From contig CAVYXJ010000009.1 in NCBI GenBank assembly GCA_963772455.1, positions 128,001 through 192,000 on the forward strand: a DNA stretch of 64,000 nucleotides. The letters are read 5' to 3'. The stretch is from Candidatus Bathyarchaeota archaeon (lineage in GTDB: Archaea; Thermoproteota; Bathyarchaeia; Bathyarchaeales; Bathycorpusculaceae). The notes under the pieces were generated by a model. It did not search any database. It saw nothing but the letters and a program-made list of their open reading frames with translations, and was not told where the DNA came from. Each line of letters opens with the position of its first letter. Position 1 is the first letter of the stretch. A program made the position numbers and the translations under genes. Shown in pieces: positions 51,570-62,445 of this stretch.

Positions 51570-52013
51570 TTATTTTACAACTAAGACTGGACAACGGGCA
51601 TATTCGATCACTCGTTCAGCAACACTACCGATAAGGATTCTCTCAGCACCTCTTCGACCATATGTTCCTAACACAATTAAATCCATATCCAAGCCATTAG
51701 CTAAATGAACAATTTGTTCAAATGGTCTTCCCTTTGCAATCAACGAGGTTGCTTTAACACCTTCTTTTTCAGCTAAACCTAGAATGTAATTGATGTATCT
51801 TTGACCATCAGCTTTGAGTTCTTTTTCAATGTCTTCGCGTTCAGTTATTTTTGAGAATCTATCGATGACAATTTCATCAAGCACATAAACAACCATAATT
51901 TGAGCTTCATGGGTTTTTGCAATGCTTATTCCATATTCTGCTGCGTGAATGCTGTAGTCTGAACCGTCGGTGGGAATTAAGATTTTTTTTATGGTTTGAG
52001 AACTAAACTTCAT
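51570..52013 (-). CDS. Universal stress protein (UspA, ATP-binding type)
   Basis: ILIPTDGS, G.P...IV, DLIVLGTYG.....LIGSVAERV....CPVLVV. Confidence 0.93.
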   Translation of the reverse strand: MKFSSQTIKKILIPTDGSDYSIHAAEYGISIAKTHEAQIMVVYVLDEIVIDRFSKITEREDIEKELKADGQRYINYILGLAEKEGVKATSLIAKGRPFEQIVHLANGLDMDLIVLGTYGRRGAERILIGSVAERVIEYARCPVLVVK

Positions 52014-52014
52014 T

Positions 52015-52644
52015 TTATTTATGCTCCTTGATTACTCGTTTAATAATTTTGGTTCTAACGAATTCTTCTCGGTCTTTTTCTTCTAATGCAAGCTCAATTG
52101 ATTTCGCGATGCTTTTGTACCGAGGAATAAGTACATAGTTTAAGGCGTTAACACGACGTTGTGTTCTTCGAACGTCATTAGCTATTTGAAATGTGGCACC
52201 TTCCGCTCCGGCTAAATCCGCGATTAACTCTAGTATCTTGTTAAATTGTTTGAAGGTTTGGTCTAACTCAACGCTGGTGTTGGCAAAACCATAATCAGGT
52301 TTCAAATTGTTTTCCTTTTGAAATTCAACTACTGGAACAGTTACACCCATGATGCTTTTGTAGTCAATAAGGAAATTTGCTTCTGCATTCGAACCCAAAG
52401 CCACATTAGCAATTGTTTCAGAACCGTGAGCCATGTTGGCTTTCCGCAGGTTTTGATAAGCCTTCGCTAGAGTTGCCAATAATTCCTCACGGGTTCTCTC
52501 AGCCTCATAGATGCTATTTCTGAGTTCACGTAACAAAATGTCACGTTTACGTTCAAGGACTTCACGTCCAGACTCTGCGAGTTTAAGTGTTTTTTTTGTC
52601 TGGATTAAATTAATTCTTGTGGGGCTAACACTTTCAGAAGACAA
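52015..52644 (-). CDS. atpD: A-type ATP synthase subunit D
   Basis: PTR.NL, G..VL..KRD.L, SIMGV.VP, TQRRVNAL....IP, LEE.DREEF. Confidence 0.95.
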   Translation of the reverse strand: MSSESVSPTRINLIQTKKTLKLAESGREVLERKRDILLRELRNSIYEAERTREELLATLAKAYQNLRKANMAHGSETIANVALGSNAEANFLIDYKSIMGVTVPVVEFQKENNLKPDYGFANTSVELDQTFKQFNKILELIADLAGAEGATFQIANDVRRTQRRVNALNYVLIPRYKSIAKSIELALEEKDREEFVRTKIIKRVIKEHK

Positions 52645-52649
52645 TTTTG

Positions 52650-54056
52650 TTACTTGACCTCACTGGCAAATTTAGGGTAATACTTCTGGATGTATTCGAT
52701 CTTTATGCTGGTTAATTCTTCATCAGGTAGAAGTGAAAGTACATCCCAAGCGATAGAAAGGGTTTGTTCGATTGTACGATTTTCGTTTTTGCCTTGGTTG
52801 AGAAGCGTCTTTTCAAATGCTTCACCAAAACGTAGGTATTCTTTATCTCTTTGACCTAAACCTTCCTCGCCGATAATGGTTACCAAAGATTTCACCGAGT
52901 TGTATTGGGCGTAAGCCGAATAGAGTTGGCTAGAAACGTTAGCGTGATCTTCTCGTGTGCTATCTTTTCCGATTCCATCTTTCATCAGTCGCGAGAGACT
53001 TGTAGATATGTAGATTGGTGGATAGATACCTTGTTTCTCAAGTGCGCGAGATAGAACAATTTGTCCCTCTGTAATGTAACCTGTAAGGTCAGGAATCGGG
53101 TGCGTAATGTCATCATTTGGCATTGAAAGTATTGGCATTTGCGTAATTGATCCTTTCTTGCCACGAATTCTTCCGGCACGTTCATAGAGGCTGGCTAAAT
53201 CACTGTACATGTAACCTGGGTAACCTTTTCTGCTTGGGACCTCTTCCATTGAAGCGCTGACTTCTCGGAGAGCTTCGCAGTAGTTAGTCATATCGGTCAT
53301 AACAACGAGTACATGTCGATCTTGATCAAATGCCAAATATTCAGCTAAAGTCAAACCTGCTCTGGGAGTAATAATACGTTCAACAGGTGGGTCATCTGCT
53401 AAGTTAAGGAACATTGCGACATTTTTGATAGCACCTGTTTCCTCGAAACTCTTCTGGAAGAAAGCTGCATCATCATGTTCTAGACCCATAGCAATGAAGA
53501 CTATGTTGAAATCTTCGCCTCCGCCACGAATTTGGGCTTGCCTAACGATTTGGGCTGCAAGTTCATTATGTGCGAGGCCTGGGCCGCTGAAAACTGGTAA
53601 TTTCTGCCCTCGAACCAGGCTGCACAAGCCATCGATAGCCGATATTCCAGTTTGAATGAATTCCTTTGGATATTCTCGAGCAACGGGGTTTAGTGGGTAA
53701 CCGTTGACGTCACGTTTTTCTTCAGTGAAAAATCTTGGGTGTCCATCGATAGGTTCACCAAAGCTGTTCATTACACGTCCCAGCATTTCTACTGACACTG
53801 GAACTTCCAGAGAGTGACCAAGGAATCTTGTGCGTGTTTCTGAAGGTGATAAGCCTGTTGTACCTTCAAAAACTTGGACGACCACCGCTTTTTTCGAGAT
53901 TTGGATGACTTTGCCTAAGCGAGTTTCTCCTTTTTGAGTTTTGATTGTAACTAGTTCATCGTAACCTACATCTTGCACGTTTTCTACAACTATGATAGGT
54001 CCTGAAATTGAAGCTACACCTTTATATTCTAATCCAGTTCCTGTCTTTTTTGACAT
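52650..54056 (-). CDS. atpB: A-type ATP synthase subunit B
   Basis: [54 protein letters not shown]. Confidence 0.97.
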   Translation of the reverse strand: MSKKTGTGLEYKGVASISGPIIVVENVQDVGYDELVTIKTQKGETRLGKVIQISKKAVVVQVFEGTTGLSPSETRTRFLGHSLEVPVSVEMLGRVMNSFGEPIDGHPRFFTEEKRDVNGYPLNPVAREYPKEFIQTGISAIDGLCSLVRGQKLPVFSGPGLAHNELAAQIVRQAQIRGGGEDFNIVFIAMGLEHDDAAFFQKSFEETGAIKNVAMFLNLADDPPVERIITPRAGLTLAEYLAFDQDRHVLVVMTDMTNYCEALREVSASMEEVPSRKGYPGYMYSDLASLYERAGRIRGKKGSITQMPILSMPNDDITHPIPDLTGYITEGQIVLSRALEKQGIYPPIYISTSLSRLMKDGIGKDSTREDHANVSSQLYSAYAQYNSVKSLVTIIGEEGLGQRDKEYLRFGEAFEKTLLNQGKNENRTIEQTLSIAWDVLSLLPDEELTSIKIEYIQKYYPKFASEVK

Positions 54057-54060
54057 AGTA

Positions 54061-55830
54061 TTACCTCAGTGTTGCCTCCAACATTCCAAAGCTTTCGTAC
54101 ATTCTTTTTTCTAAATCATCCAAGAGATCGCCTTTTTCGTTAGGTATCGAAGTTTTCATTCGCAATATTTCTTCAGTAATTGGCATTTCTGCAACTTTGA
54201 AGATTGGTGCACCTTTGCTTACCACGTTATCTGCCAGTCGATGGTAATCTACGATTATCTTAAGCATTTTGAACTGTTTCTGAGGAGAGGTATAAGTATC
54301 GACCGCGTCCAACGCATTCTGTTGCAAAAAGGCAACACGGATGATTCGAGCTGTTTCCAAGATTAAACGCTGTTTATCAGGTAAAGCTTCAGGACCAACT
54401 AGTTTCACGATGTTTTTAAGGTCATCTTCGGCTTGCAATATACGCATTGCTTCTTCGCGGTAACTGTTCCAGCTCTTATCTACGTTCTTATGCCACCACT
54501 CTGCCATATCTTGTATGTAGCCACTGTAGCTTGCCATCCAGTTTATTGATGGATAGTGCCTTGACGCTGCAAGATCGGCATCTAAAGCCCAGAAAACTCG
54601 GGTAAAACGTTTCGTGTGTTGAGTAACTGGTTCGGAGAAGTCTCCCCCAGGAGGGGATACTGCGCCAATAGCACAAATTGAACCGACACGTTTTTCAGAA
54701 CCTAATGTTTCAACGACACCAGTGCGTTCGTAGAACTCTGCAAGTCGCGATGGCAAATAACTTGGAAAACCTTCTTCTGCAGGCATTTCTTCAAGTCGTC
54801 CAGAAACTTCTCGAAGAGCTTCTGCCCATCTGCTTGTTGAATCAGCCATTAACGCAACAGCATAACCCATGTCGCGGAAGTATTCCGCAAGTGTAATCCC
54901 AGTGTAAATACTAGCTTCTCGAGCTGATACTGGCATGTTACTCGTGTTGGCAACAAGAACTGTCCTCTCCATGAGAGGATGCCCAGTTGTGGGATCGACT
55001 AGTTTTGGGAAACTATCTAGCACATCAACCATTTCGTTACCTCGTTCCCCGCAACCCACATAAATAATGATGTTTGCATCTGACCATTTTGCCAATTGTT
55101 GCTGGGTTACAGTTTTTCCTGAACCGAAGGGACCAGGGATCGATGCGCTTCCTCCTTTTGCGATGGGAAAGAAAGTATCAATGACACGTTGTCCTGTAAT
55201 TAACGGTGAAGTGGCAAACAACCTTCGGGTATGAGGTCGTGGTTCTCTAACTGGCCATTTCTGGAGCATAGGCAAATCAATTTTTACGCCATGTGATTCA
55301 ACTACGGCGATTGTTTCAGTAATTGTGTAATCTCCTTGAGCTGCAATCTTCACAAGTTTACCTTGTATGTTTACAGGAACTAGTACGCGGTGCTCAAACA
55401 ATGAGGTTTCCTTGACCGTGCCGAGAATATCGCCACCTGAAAGTTTAGCGCCAACTTTAGCTATTGGTACAAAAGACCATTTTTTAGTTCTCGAAAGGGA
55501 CGTTACTCCGACTGTTTGCTTAATGAAGTCCCCTGTTAGATTTTTTATATCTACGAGAGGTCTTTGTATGCCGTCAAAGACGTTACCAACTATACCTGGA
55601 GCTAATTCCACCGACAATGGGCTTCCGGTGCCTAAAACTGGCTCATCAAGTTTGAGTCCTGAAGTGTTTTGGTAAACTTGAATTGTAGCTTGATCTCCTT
55701 CTAAACGGATAATTTCGCCTATTAAGCGGTTATTTCCAACTTCAACCATTTCGTGCATAACTGCTTGTGCCATGCCATTAGCTTCAACAACTGGTCCAGC
55801 AACCCTAATCACTCTACCCTTAACCATCAT
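54061..55830 (-). CDS. atpA: A-type ATP synthase catalytic subunit A (no intein)
   Basis: Walker [43 protein letters not shown]. Confidence 0.97.
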   Translation of the reverse strand: MMVKGRVIRVAGPVVEANGMAQAVMHEMVEVGNNRLIGEIIRLEGDQATIQVYQNTSGLKLDEPVLGTGSPLSVELAPGIVGNVFDGIQRPLVDIKNLTGDFIKQTVGVTSLSRTKKWSFVPIAKVGAKLSGGDILGTVKETSLFEHRVLVPVNIQGKLVKIAAQGDYTITETIAVVESHGVKIDLPMLQKWPVREPRPHTRRLFATSPLITGQRVIDTFFPIAKGGSASIPGPFGSGKTVTQQQLAKWSDANIIIYVGCGERGNEMVDVLDSFPKLVDPTTGHPLMERTVLVANTSNMPVSAREASIYTGITLAEYFRDMGYAVALMADSTSRWAEALREVSGRLEEMPAEEGFPSYLPSRLAEFYERTGVVETLGSEKRVGSICAIGAVSPPGGDFSEPVTQHTKRFTRVFWALDADLAASRHYPSINWMASYSGYIQDMAEWWHKNVDKSWNSYREEAMRILQAEDDLKNIVKLVGPEALPDKQRLILETARIIRVAFLQQNALDAVDTYTSPQKQFKMLKIIVDYHRLADNVVSKGAPIFKVAEMPITEEILRMKTSIPNEKGDLLDDLEKRMYESFGMLEATLR

Positions 55831-55833
55831 TGT

Positions 55834-56454
55834 TTAAATCGCCTCGCCAAACAATATTTTTGCTAATTCCACACGTAAAATAGGTTTGAGTTCTTTCAAC
55901 CTATTGTCCAAAGTAACATCATAAATTACTTTGCCGTCTGCGGTTTGAATTATACATCCCCCAAGGTAATCTTCGGTTTTATCTGACAACTTTATCTCCT
56001 GATGCCACTTCTTAGATAATCGTTTCAACAAATTTTCCGTCAACCAATTGTAATCTTTATCGTTTACTTGTATTACTATGTCTGTTTTACCCATTTTTTC
56101 AACTGAATTTTCGATAAGTTTGATGAGATAATCATTATAATCTTCAGTTGCCGCAAAATTCTTGATTTCAACATAAGCCTTTTCGAAGGCTTGATCAACT
56201 ACATCTTCTTTTGTCTGAAGCAAACGATTCCTCATCTCCACTTCGGTTACGGACGCAATTTTTCGCTTTTCAGCCCCTGCCTTAACTTTTGCCTGACAAA
56301 TAATATCACGATAGATTTGGTCTGCTTGTTCCTTTGCAGATTTCAAAGTTACTTTCGCTTCAGTCTCAGCAGCCAAAATTATCGCTTCTGATTCTTTTTG
56401 CACATCGCCAATAACATCGTTTGCAATTGCTGAAAGACCATTTTTAGCGCTCAT
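55834..56454 (-). CDS. atpE: A-type ATP synthase subunit E
   Basis: Helical N-terminus, GGCII...DG....D.T...RL C-terminal motif, operon position. Confidence 0.9.
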   Translation of the reverse strand: MSAKNGLSAIANDVIGDVQKESEAIILAAETEAKVTLKSAKEQADQIYRDIICQAKVKAGAEKRKIASVTEVEMRNRLLQTKEDVVDQAFEKAYVEIKNFAATEDYNDYLIKLIENSVEKMGKTDIVIQVNDKDYNWLTENLLKRLSKKWHQEIKLSDKTEDYLGGCIIQTADGKVIYDVTLDNRLKELKPILRVELAKILFGEAI

Positions 56455-56464
56455 TTTATCACCA

Positions 56465-56773
56465 TTATATTTTGATACCCAATATTTTACTAATCATTTC
56501 GGAGAGCTGCATTTTATCTGTCATACCTCTACTTCCAGGAATTTCCACAATTAAGGGAGTTACACGTTCCCTGCGCACTTTATCAACCTCTTCCCTCAAA
56601 GAGGTGTCTGAGAAGAAGGCTCCACTAATAATTATAATTCCAATCTCGTCACGTGAAAGTGATTTATGGAAGGCTTGCCGTGCCTCTTCGATTGTTGAAA
56701 CTTCGCTGCCTTCAATACCAGCTAACTTAAAGCCGGTAATCATATCACTATCACCTATTATGAAGCCAATCAT
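56465..56773 (-). CDS. atpF: A-type ATP synthase subunit F
   Basis: IIGD.D.ITGF.LAGI, GIIII, P.IVEIP, ILGIK; likely start ATG 56773. Confidence 0.92.
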   Translation of the reverse strand: MIGFIIGDSDMITGFKLAGIEGSEVSTIEEARQAFHKSLSRDEIGIIIISGAFFSDTSLREEVDKVRRERVTPLIVEIPGSRGMTDKMQLSEMISKILGIKI

Positions 56774-56829
56774 TTCATCGCCAAATATAACTTTAAATGT
56801 TTGCTGGTAAATCAGACATTCTGTTAAAA

Positions 56830-58848
56830 ATGTTGCGACCGGAAAGAATGACCTCGACATCCATAATCTGCGTTAAGAAAGACGTGGAACAAATTTTGGA
56901 GTCCCTAAATAGTTTCGGAGAATTCCATATTGAACAAACGGCTCAAGATAATGTAGGTTTAACTGAGTACAATATGAGCATTCAGAAGGTTGAAGGGTTA
57001 CTCGCAGACGTCAACGCCCTAATTAATCAGCTTGTACAAGAAAAAACAAGTCCATTGGGCATTTTCAAATTACCTCAACAAAACAAAGTACTGGTTACAG
57101 CCGAAAATTGGCAGGATCTCTTAGAAACCAACAGCAAAGAAATTCTAGCATTTAAAAAAGAAACTGACAACCTAAATAAAGAAATTTCTAGTATACAAGA
57201 AAAAACAGAGCAACTCAACCATACCAAAGATATGCTGGGAAGGCTCTGCCTAATGGGCGTGGACCTTGCAGCCTTGGAAGAGTTTAAATTAATTTATGTT
57301 GCAACTGCAAGCGTACCAACCAAGAATTTCAGCGGGTTAGAGACAGCGCTTGCTGGATTTCCAATTTTTATTAACCGCTGCGCTTTAACCAAAGAAGTAA
57401 GCTTCTTGTGTTTAGCCATCCCAATTAAATATCAAACAGAAATCGAGAAAATCCTAAGAACGTACCATGCCGAAGTTTTTCATATCCCAAAAGAGTTACC
57501 ACACGACCTGATTTTAGCGCAAAAAGAAGTCAATCAGCAACTGAAAGAAAACAATGATAAAGAAAAAGTTCTTTGCACTTCATTAAAAAAATTAGGTGAA
57601 GAAAACAAAGATTCCTTCGCATCTTTGAAAGAAACTTCGGAGAACATTCTGATACTTTTACAAGCGGAAAGAAAAATCCTTCAGTCAGGTCGTCTTGCTA
57701 CTGTCAAGGGGTTTGTGCCGCAGAAAAAGTTCCTTGAACTTAAAAAACAAGTATCTGGAATGATGGATGGAAAAGTTTTAGTTTTAGAAAACGACGTAGT
57801 TGAATCACAGGATCCGCCAACAAAAGTCAGCAATAACAGGTTTGTTAGGCCTTTTGGAGAACTTACAAAACTTTATGGTTTACCACATTATGACGAACTA
57901 GATCCAACACCTTTAATGGCAATAACTTTTCCGATTATTTTTGGGTTAATGTTTGGAGATCTGGGTCATGGGTTAGTATTGTTGTTTGGCGGATTAATCG
58001 TTGGATTACTAATCAAGGGAAACAGAGCCATTAAAAACGTCTGTTACATAATGGCAGCATGCGGTGCTGCTGCAGCCGTTGCAGGTTTGGCGTTTGGAGA
58101 GGCATTCGGGCAGCCGTTAGATTGGGGTCCATTGTGGATTAACCCCACTGAAAACATATTCACTTTCCTATTGTTCACCCTGATTGTAGGCATTATACAG
58201 ATAATCAGCGGGATAGTCCTCGAAATGACCAACTTTGCATTAAAACACCAGTACATCGACTCCATCTTAACCTCTGCACCAAAAATCGCTTTTTACCTTG
58301 GCGGTGTTTACCTAATTGCTGCATACCAATTGAATTTTGGCGCGTGGTTTAGCGGACCTATACTGCTGCCTCTAATTCCATTCATTGTTTTAGTCACAGG
58401 AAAACCTCTCTACTTACTTCTGACTAAATCAAAATCGCATGGCGACGAACATTCAGAACAAGACACACTATCAGGCAGACTCTTTGAAGGCGGAGACTTA
58501 GTTACTCGTTTACTAAGTAACACCATATCTTACAGCCGCATTCTTGCCTTACTTATGGCCCACTGGGCATTACTCCTTGTAACTTATACTGTCGCTGCCC
58601 AAGTCCATCCAGAGGGTTCAACTTCGATATTAACCCTCATTCTCTCAGGCATTGTTATTGTGGGCGGTAATCTATTCGTTCTAGCACTTGAAGGATTAAT
58701 CGTGTTTATACACACATTAAGGTTGCATTTTTATGAGTGGTTCAGCAAGTTCTATCAAGGAACAGGAACGGAGTTCAACCCGTTCAAACAGAAATTCAGC
58801 CACACAATTATAACATTGAAAACAAAAGAACCAAAAAAGCAACCGTAA
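56830..58848 (+). CDS. atpI: A-type ATP synthase subunit I (a), on the opposite strand to the rest of the cluster
   Basis: RPERM, GFVP, PPT, YG.P.Y.E.DPT, FG.MFGD.GHG, essential Arg SYSRILAL, H.LRLH.YE.FSKFY.G.G..F.PF. Confidence 0.95.
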   Translation: MLRPERMTSTSIICVKKDVEQILESLNSFGEFHIEQTAQDNVGLTEYNMSIQKVEGLLADVNALINQLVQEKTSPLGIFKLPQQNKVLVTAENWQDLLETNSKEILAFKKETDNLNKEISSIQEKTEQLNHTKDMLGRLCLMGVDLAALEEFKLIYVATASVPTKNFSGLETALAGFPIFINRCALTKEVSFLCLAIPIKYQTEIEKILRTYHAEVFHIPKELPHDLILAQKEVNQQLKENNDKEKVLCTSLKKLGEENKDSFASLKETSENILILLQAERKILQSGRLATVKGFVPQKKFLELKKQVSGMMDGKVLVLENDVVESQDPPTKVSNNRFVRPFGELTKLYGLPHYDELDPTPLMAITFPIIFGLMFGDLGHGLVLLFGGLIVGLLIKGNRAIKNVCYIMAACGAAAAVAGLAFGEAFGQPLDWGPLWINPTENIFTFLLFTLIVGIIQIISGIVLEMTNFALKHQYIDSILTSAPKIAFYLGGVYLIAAYQLNFGAWFSGPILLPLIPFIVLVTGKPLYLLLTKSKSHGDEHSEQDTLSGRLFEGGDLVTRLLSNTISYSRILALLMAHWALLLVTYTVAAQVHPEGSTSILTLILSGIVIVGGNLFVLALEGLIVFIHTLRLHFYEWFSKFYQGTGTEFNPFKQKFSHTIITLKTKEPKKQP

Positions 58849-58858
58849 AAATATAAGT

Positions 58859-59908
58859 CTAAATTAAAAGACTTCGAATTTCCTCAGGTTTCATTGCACT
58901 TTCTACACCCAAACTCAAAACAGTCAGGTTGTAGACTTCAGCTTCTTTTTGGGTAATAAAAGCAATCGGCAAACCAATATTAAATGCCTCTTTAAGTACA
59001 CTTGATTTAGCATGCTGAAGTATTGTTTTTTTGAAAGCTTTTTCTGCAGCTGCGATAGTTTCCTCAGGAGTTTGGGTCTTTACAAAGTATTTGAAGTAAT
59101 AGCTGTCAAGAACAATTTTTAAAGCTGCTTCAAAATCAACCGAGGAAACAAGAGCCTCAATCGTTTGATTACTTAAGTTAAAATAGTTTTGAGGAACCAC
59201 TAATCTTAGCCAATTAGGCTCGTAGCTTAAGGTTTTTCCTCTTAGCAAAGTTATTAACGAGAAACCATCGTTCTCAATACTTGCGTAAAAATTTGCGTAA
59301 GTTTGCTCTTTTTTGGAAAGTTTCCCATAGTAATCAAACAGTTTTTCGAAGTATAGTTTGTCTAAAAAAATATCAAAAGATACGGTAGATGCACTTTCTT
59401 CATATTTTTTTAACCCCATATTCAAAGGTAACCAATAATCAGTGCCTTTGAAAGCATGAATTAATTGAGCAGGAGTTGAAGCTTTAATCGCTTCTTCAAA
59501 AACTAAGCTTCTTTTAAAGTAATCTTCTATCGAAAAGTAAATTTTTGCCTTCTTTTGTTCAGAAGGCAGTTTAGCAGTAGTCGCATTCATAAGAGCTTTT
59601 ATATTTTCTATTTCAAATTTTAAAAGATACAAACTAAGGTATTCTCTTGCCGCTTTGGGCGAATATTTAATGATCTTTACATAGGTATCAATTAAATTTT
59701 CGTTGAATGCTCTTTCAAGTTTGCGACTTGTAAATGGGGGGATTATTTTTGCAATTTGCTTTTGATAAGTATTGTCTCGAAGTTGAGCGGCAAGTTCTGT
59801 AGGGCTTTTGCTTTCGGCGAGTGCTTTAAGTTTGGTATCATTAATCAAGTTACTTCTTTCTGCGCCTATTTTGGCTAGAACCGAAGAGTAGCGTGTGGTT
59901 TGTGTCAA
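58859..59908 (-). CDS. atpC: A-type ATP synthase subunit C
   Basis: Y....AKI......L, E.ENIK, LDK.YF, E...NL...G; ~350 aa, in the atp cluster. Confidence 0.85.
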   Translation of the reverse strand: MTQTTRYSSVLAKIGAERSNLINDTKLKALAESKSPTELAAQLRDNTYQKQIAKIIPPFTSRKLERAFNENLIDTYVKIIKYSPKAAREYLSLYLLKFEIENIKALMNATTAKLPSEQKKAKIYFSIEDYFKRSLVFEEAIKASTPAQLIHAFKGTDYWLPLNMGLKKYEESASTVSFDIFLDKLYFEKLFDYYGKLSKKEQTYANFYASIENDGFSLITLLRGKTLSYEPNWLRLVVPQNYFNLSNQTIEALVSSVDFEAALKIVLDSYYFKYFVKTQTPEETIAAAEKAFKKTILQHAKSSVLKEAFNIGLPIAFITQKEAEVYNLTVLSLGVESAMKPEEIRSLLI

Positions 59909-60225
59909 TATTTATTTTCCTCAAGAACTTCGTTCAAAACTGCTGAAACAGCTTTATCCATTCTTTTTTCAGCTTTCGCTTTTAGTTTTTCAATGGCTTC
60001 CTGAGTCGCTTTCAAATGTTCCTCACGACTCAAATTAGCTTCTTTAATTGCATTCACGAAAAGTTTCTGAGACTCTTCCTCACTATAGATTCTGCTGTTT
60101 TCGATAAGCTTTTCAGAGTTTTGCTTCGCTAAAAGAACCATGTTCTTGGCTCGTTCTTGAGCATTATTTTGAATTTGCTCCGCTTGGGCTTCGATCTTTT
60201 TTAGTTCATCCCAAACTTTTTCCAT
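59905..60225 (-). CDS. atpH: A-type ATP synthase subunit H/G (peripheral stalk)
   Basis: Charged helix LKKIE..AE.I...A...A, ending AV..VL..V; stop overlaps atpC start. Confidence 0.8.
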   Translation of the reverse strand: MEKVWDELKKIEAQAEQIQNNAQERAKNMVLLAKQNSEKLIENSRIYSEEESQKLFVNAIKEANLSREEHLKATQEAIEKLKAKAEKRMDKAVSAVLNEVLEENKY

Positions 60226-60411
60226 TATTCCACAGACATAATAGGGTTTTAAAGGTCTCTAAAGTTTCTTGTGGTTTCCAAAGATTTTGTCCAACATCAT
60301 TGAATCGTTATTAGGCATATTCATATCTCATAACCAATATTTTCGCGAACAAATTGGGAAAACCCATTTTAAAAGGGTCATATAACCTAATTGAAGTTGA
60401 GCGATTAAATA

Positions 60412-61356
60412 ATGGTGAAAAAAGAAGATGATATAAAAAAGCTCAAACTTGAAAAATTAAAACATGAGTTGAGCTTTGACTATCATTCATCCAGGTTCTT
60501 TTCGCTTCTCTTCTTAGGAATCTACGTCATTGCAGCAACTATCTTTTGTTTGCAATTCACCGTTATGCCAGGACCAGAATTTCTTGTTTTAGGGATTCTC
60601 TTTTATGCTTCATATGATCGACGAACTTGGAGAGCTTTAAAAGACTGGCTCCCTTTCGTCACCGTATTTATTTCATATGAAATGATGTATGGCTTCGTAG
60701 GTAAAATCTCGGAGTTCAATCTTCATTCTGGACCTCAAAATTTGGAACTACAATTGTTTGGTCAACTTCCAAGTCTGTTTCTGCAACAGAATTTTAGGTA
60801 TCCAGCTTTAGACTACTTAGGAGCCATTTACTATGGATCATATTTCTTTATTCCAACTATCTTTGCATTTATCGTTTGGAGAAAAAGCCCCAAAAACTAC
60901 TGGAAATACATTGTTGCCTTTGGCGTACTAACATATTCAGCATTGATTACTTTTCTCTTTTACCCGGTGGCCCCTCCTTGGAAGGCACTTCCAGATATCA
61001 CTAATCGAATCTTAACAGGGTCAGTCGATCCGAGTTTAGGTCTTCCCGTCTACAAAACTCTGTTTGATTTTTTGGGCGGAAATGTCAATGCGGCTTTTCC
61101 CAGTATGCATTCAGCCTTGCCTTTGTTGGTTTTCCTTTTCGCGTTTAAAATCTGGAGGTGGAAGAGTCTTCCAGCGTTGGTGATTCCTGTTGGAACTTGG
61201 TTTAGCGTAGTCTATCTTGGGGAACATTACGTAGTTGATGTTTTAGGTGGAATAGCCTATGCAGTGATTGCATTTGTCGCAGTGGAAAAAATCTTGCCCA
61301 TATTATCCAACAGAATCAATCTACTAAAGAAACATATGCCCGCTGAAAATAGATAA
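60412..61356 (+). CDS. PAP2-superfamily membrane phosphotransferase/phosphatase (Aur1/IPC-synthase-like)
   Basis: YPVAPPW, AFPSMH, HYVVD motifs; multiple TM segments. Confidence 0.85.
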   Translation: MVKKEDDIKKLKLEKLKHELSFDYHSSRFFSLLFLGIYVIAATIFCLQFTVMPGPEFLVLGILFYASYDRRTWRALKDWLPFVTVFISYEMMYGFVGKISEFNLHSGPQNLELQLFGQLPSLFLQQNFRYPALDYLGAIYYGSYFFIPTIFAFIVWRKSPKNYWKYIVAFGVLTYSALITFLFYPVAPPWKALPDITNRILTGSVDPSLGLPVYKTLFDFLGGNVNAAFPSMHSALPLLVFLFAFKIWRWKSLPALVIPVGTWFSVVYLGEHYVVDVLGGIAYAVIAFVAVEKILPILSNRINLLKKHMPAENR

Positions 61357-62123
61357 TCTCAACCTTAAGAGTAAAGTTCATGGAATATGCAAAAAATAGT
61401 TATCGTTTAACGCATTTTCCAGTTGTTGCATCATAATGGTTACTTTTGGAGTAATCACAGTTTTTACAATCATCTTTAATATCTTGTCCAAAAGGGCAAT
61501 CTTTCAAATCAGCCAAGTTATAGCACCTAAATATTTCTCTTTGAATTCAATAGTAGATTCATTATATAAATCTGAATCTTTAAAGCAATATTTTTTTGGC
61601 AGTCGGAAGAAACGTACGCTTATGCATAAAGCTATTCGAAATTAAGTATTGGTAATTAGTTTCTTTTCTTCTTTTTTGCTCTCATATCAGTTAAAAGGCT
61701 GAACAGTTAGCTTGGGTTGAATAGAAAATCATTTTTTTATGTTCCGAAGAATCTGATTTTTTTTTGTACTCAACTTCTGCTTTTATTTGCCAAAAGCAAG
61801 TTACTTCTCAAGAAAATAAGTATTTAAGAGAAGAAGAAGAGTGAAAAATTTGCACTTCTTCTACTTTTAACATTCTTCTACCTTTAACTGCTTGAATGGT
61901 AATAGCCACACGAGAGAGAGTTGAGACAGAACATCCATTATTTTTTTTAATTTTGTTTATGTTTTGTCTTCTTGAATGCGGATGCTTTGTTTTAGTTGGT
62001 TATAAGAAAAATGGAACAAGAAAAAATTTGTGGCAAAACAGCATGTCCTGCAAAGATTTAAAATAAAAATTATCAAGGAAATCTGCGAAAACAAAACAGT
62101 AGAAACCTGAGATAGTGAAAAAG

Positions 62124-62196
62124 TAGCCCGGGAGAGATTCGAACTCTCGTCAAGGACTCCAGAGGCCCCTATGCTTGACCGCTACACCACCGGGCT
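62124..62196 (-). tRNA. tRNA-Gln(CTG), CCA not encoded
   Basis: AGCCCGG/CCGGGCT acceptor (A1-U72, typical of archaeal tRNA-Gln), anticodon arm GGGGC-CT-CTG-GA-GTCCT, T-loop GTTCGAAT. Confidence 0.96.
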
Positions 62197-62238
62197 GCAG
62201 ATTCCAATAAAATGTTGCAGTTATTATTAACTTTAACT

Positions 62239-62445
62239 TTACAAAGTTTCGTCTGCTTTTTTCTTTGCTTCTCTCACGCAATAACATTCTTGACTTACCC
62301 TATTGTAGCTGTCACAATGCCATAGCGTATCTACAATTGGATTCTCGTGGTGCCAATATCTTGTTGAACAGAAAACTTTTGTGGGATACTCGTAGCTATT
62401 GTGGCTATCGCAGTTGCCGCAGAACTCTTCTATAGATTCGTTCAT
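62239..62445 (-). CDS. Small Cys/His-rich hypothetical protein
   Basis: CGNC.SH, FC, HC, CYC; ATGA overlap with the deoxyhypusine synthase stop. Confidence 0.7.
   Translation of the reverse strand: MNESIEEFCGNCDSHNSYEYPTKVFCSTRYWHHENPIVDTLWHCDSYNRVSQECYCVREAKKKADETL

Noticed and set aside
54061-55830. Intein in atpA
   Set aside because: The length (589 aa) is normal and the region after Walker A is uninterrupted
61824-61870. Imperfect purine/pyrimidine hairpin in the spacer before tRNA-Gln
   Set aside because: Low-complexity GAA/TTC pairing that is plausible by chance, with no other support
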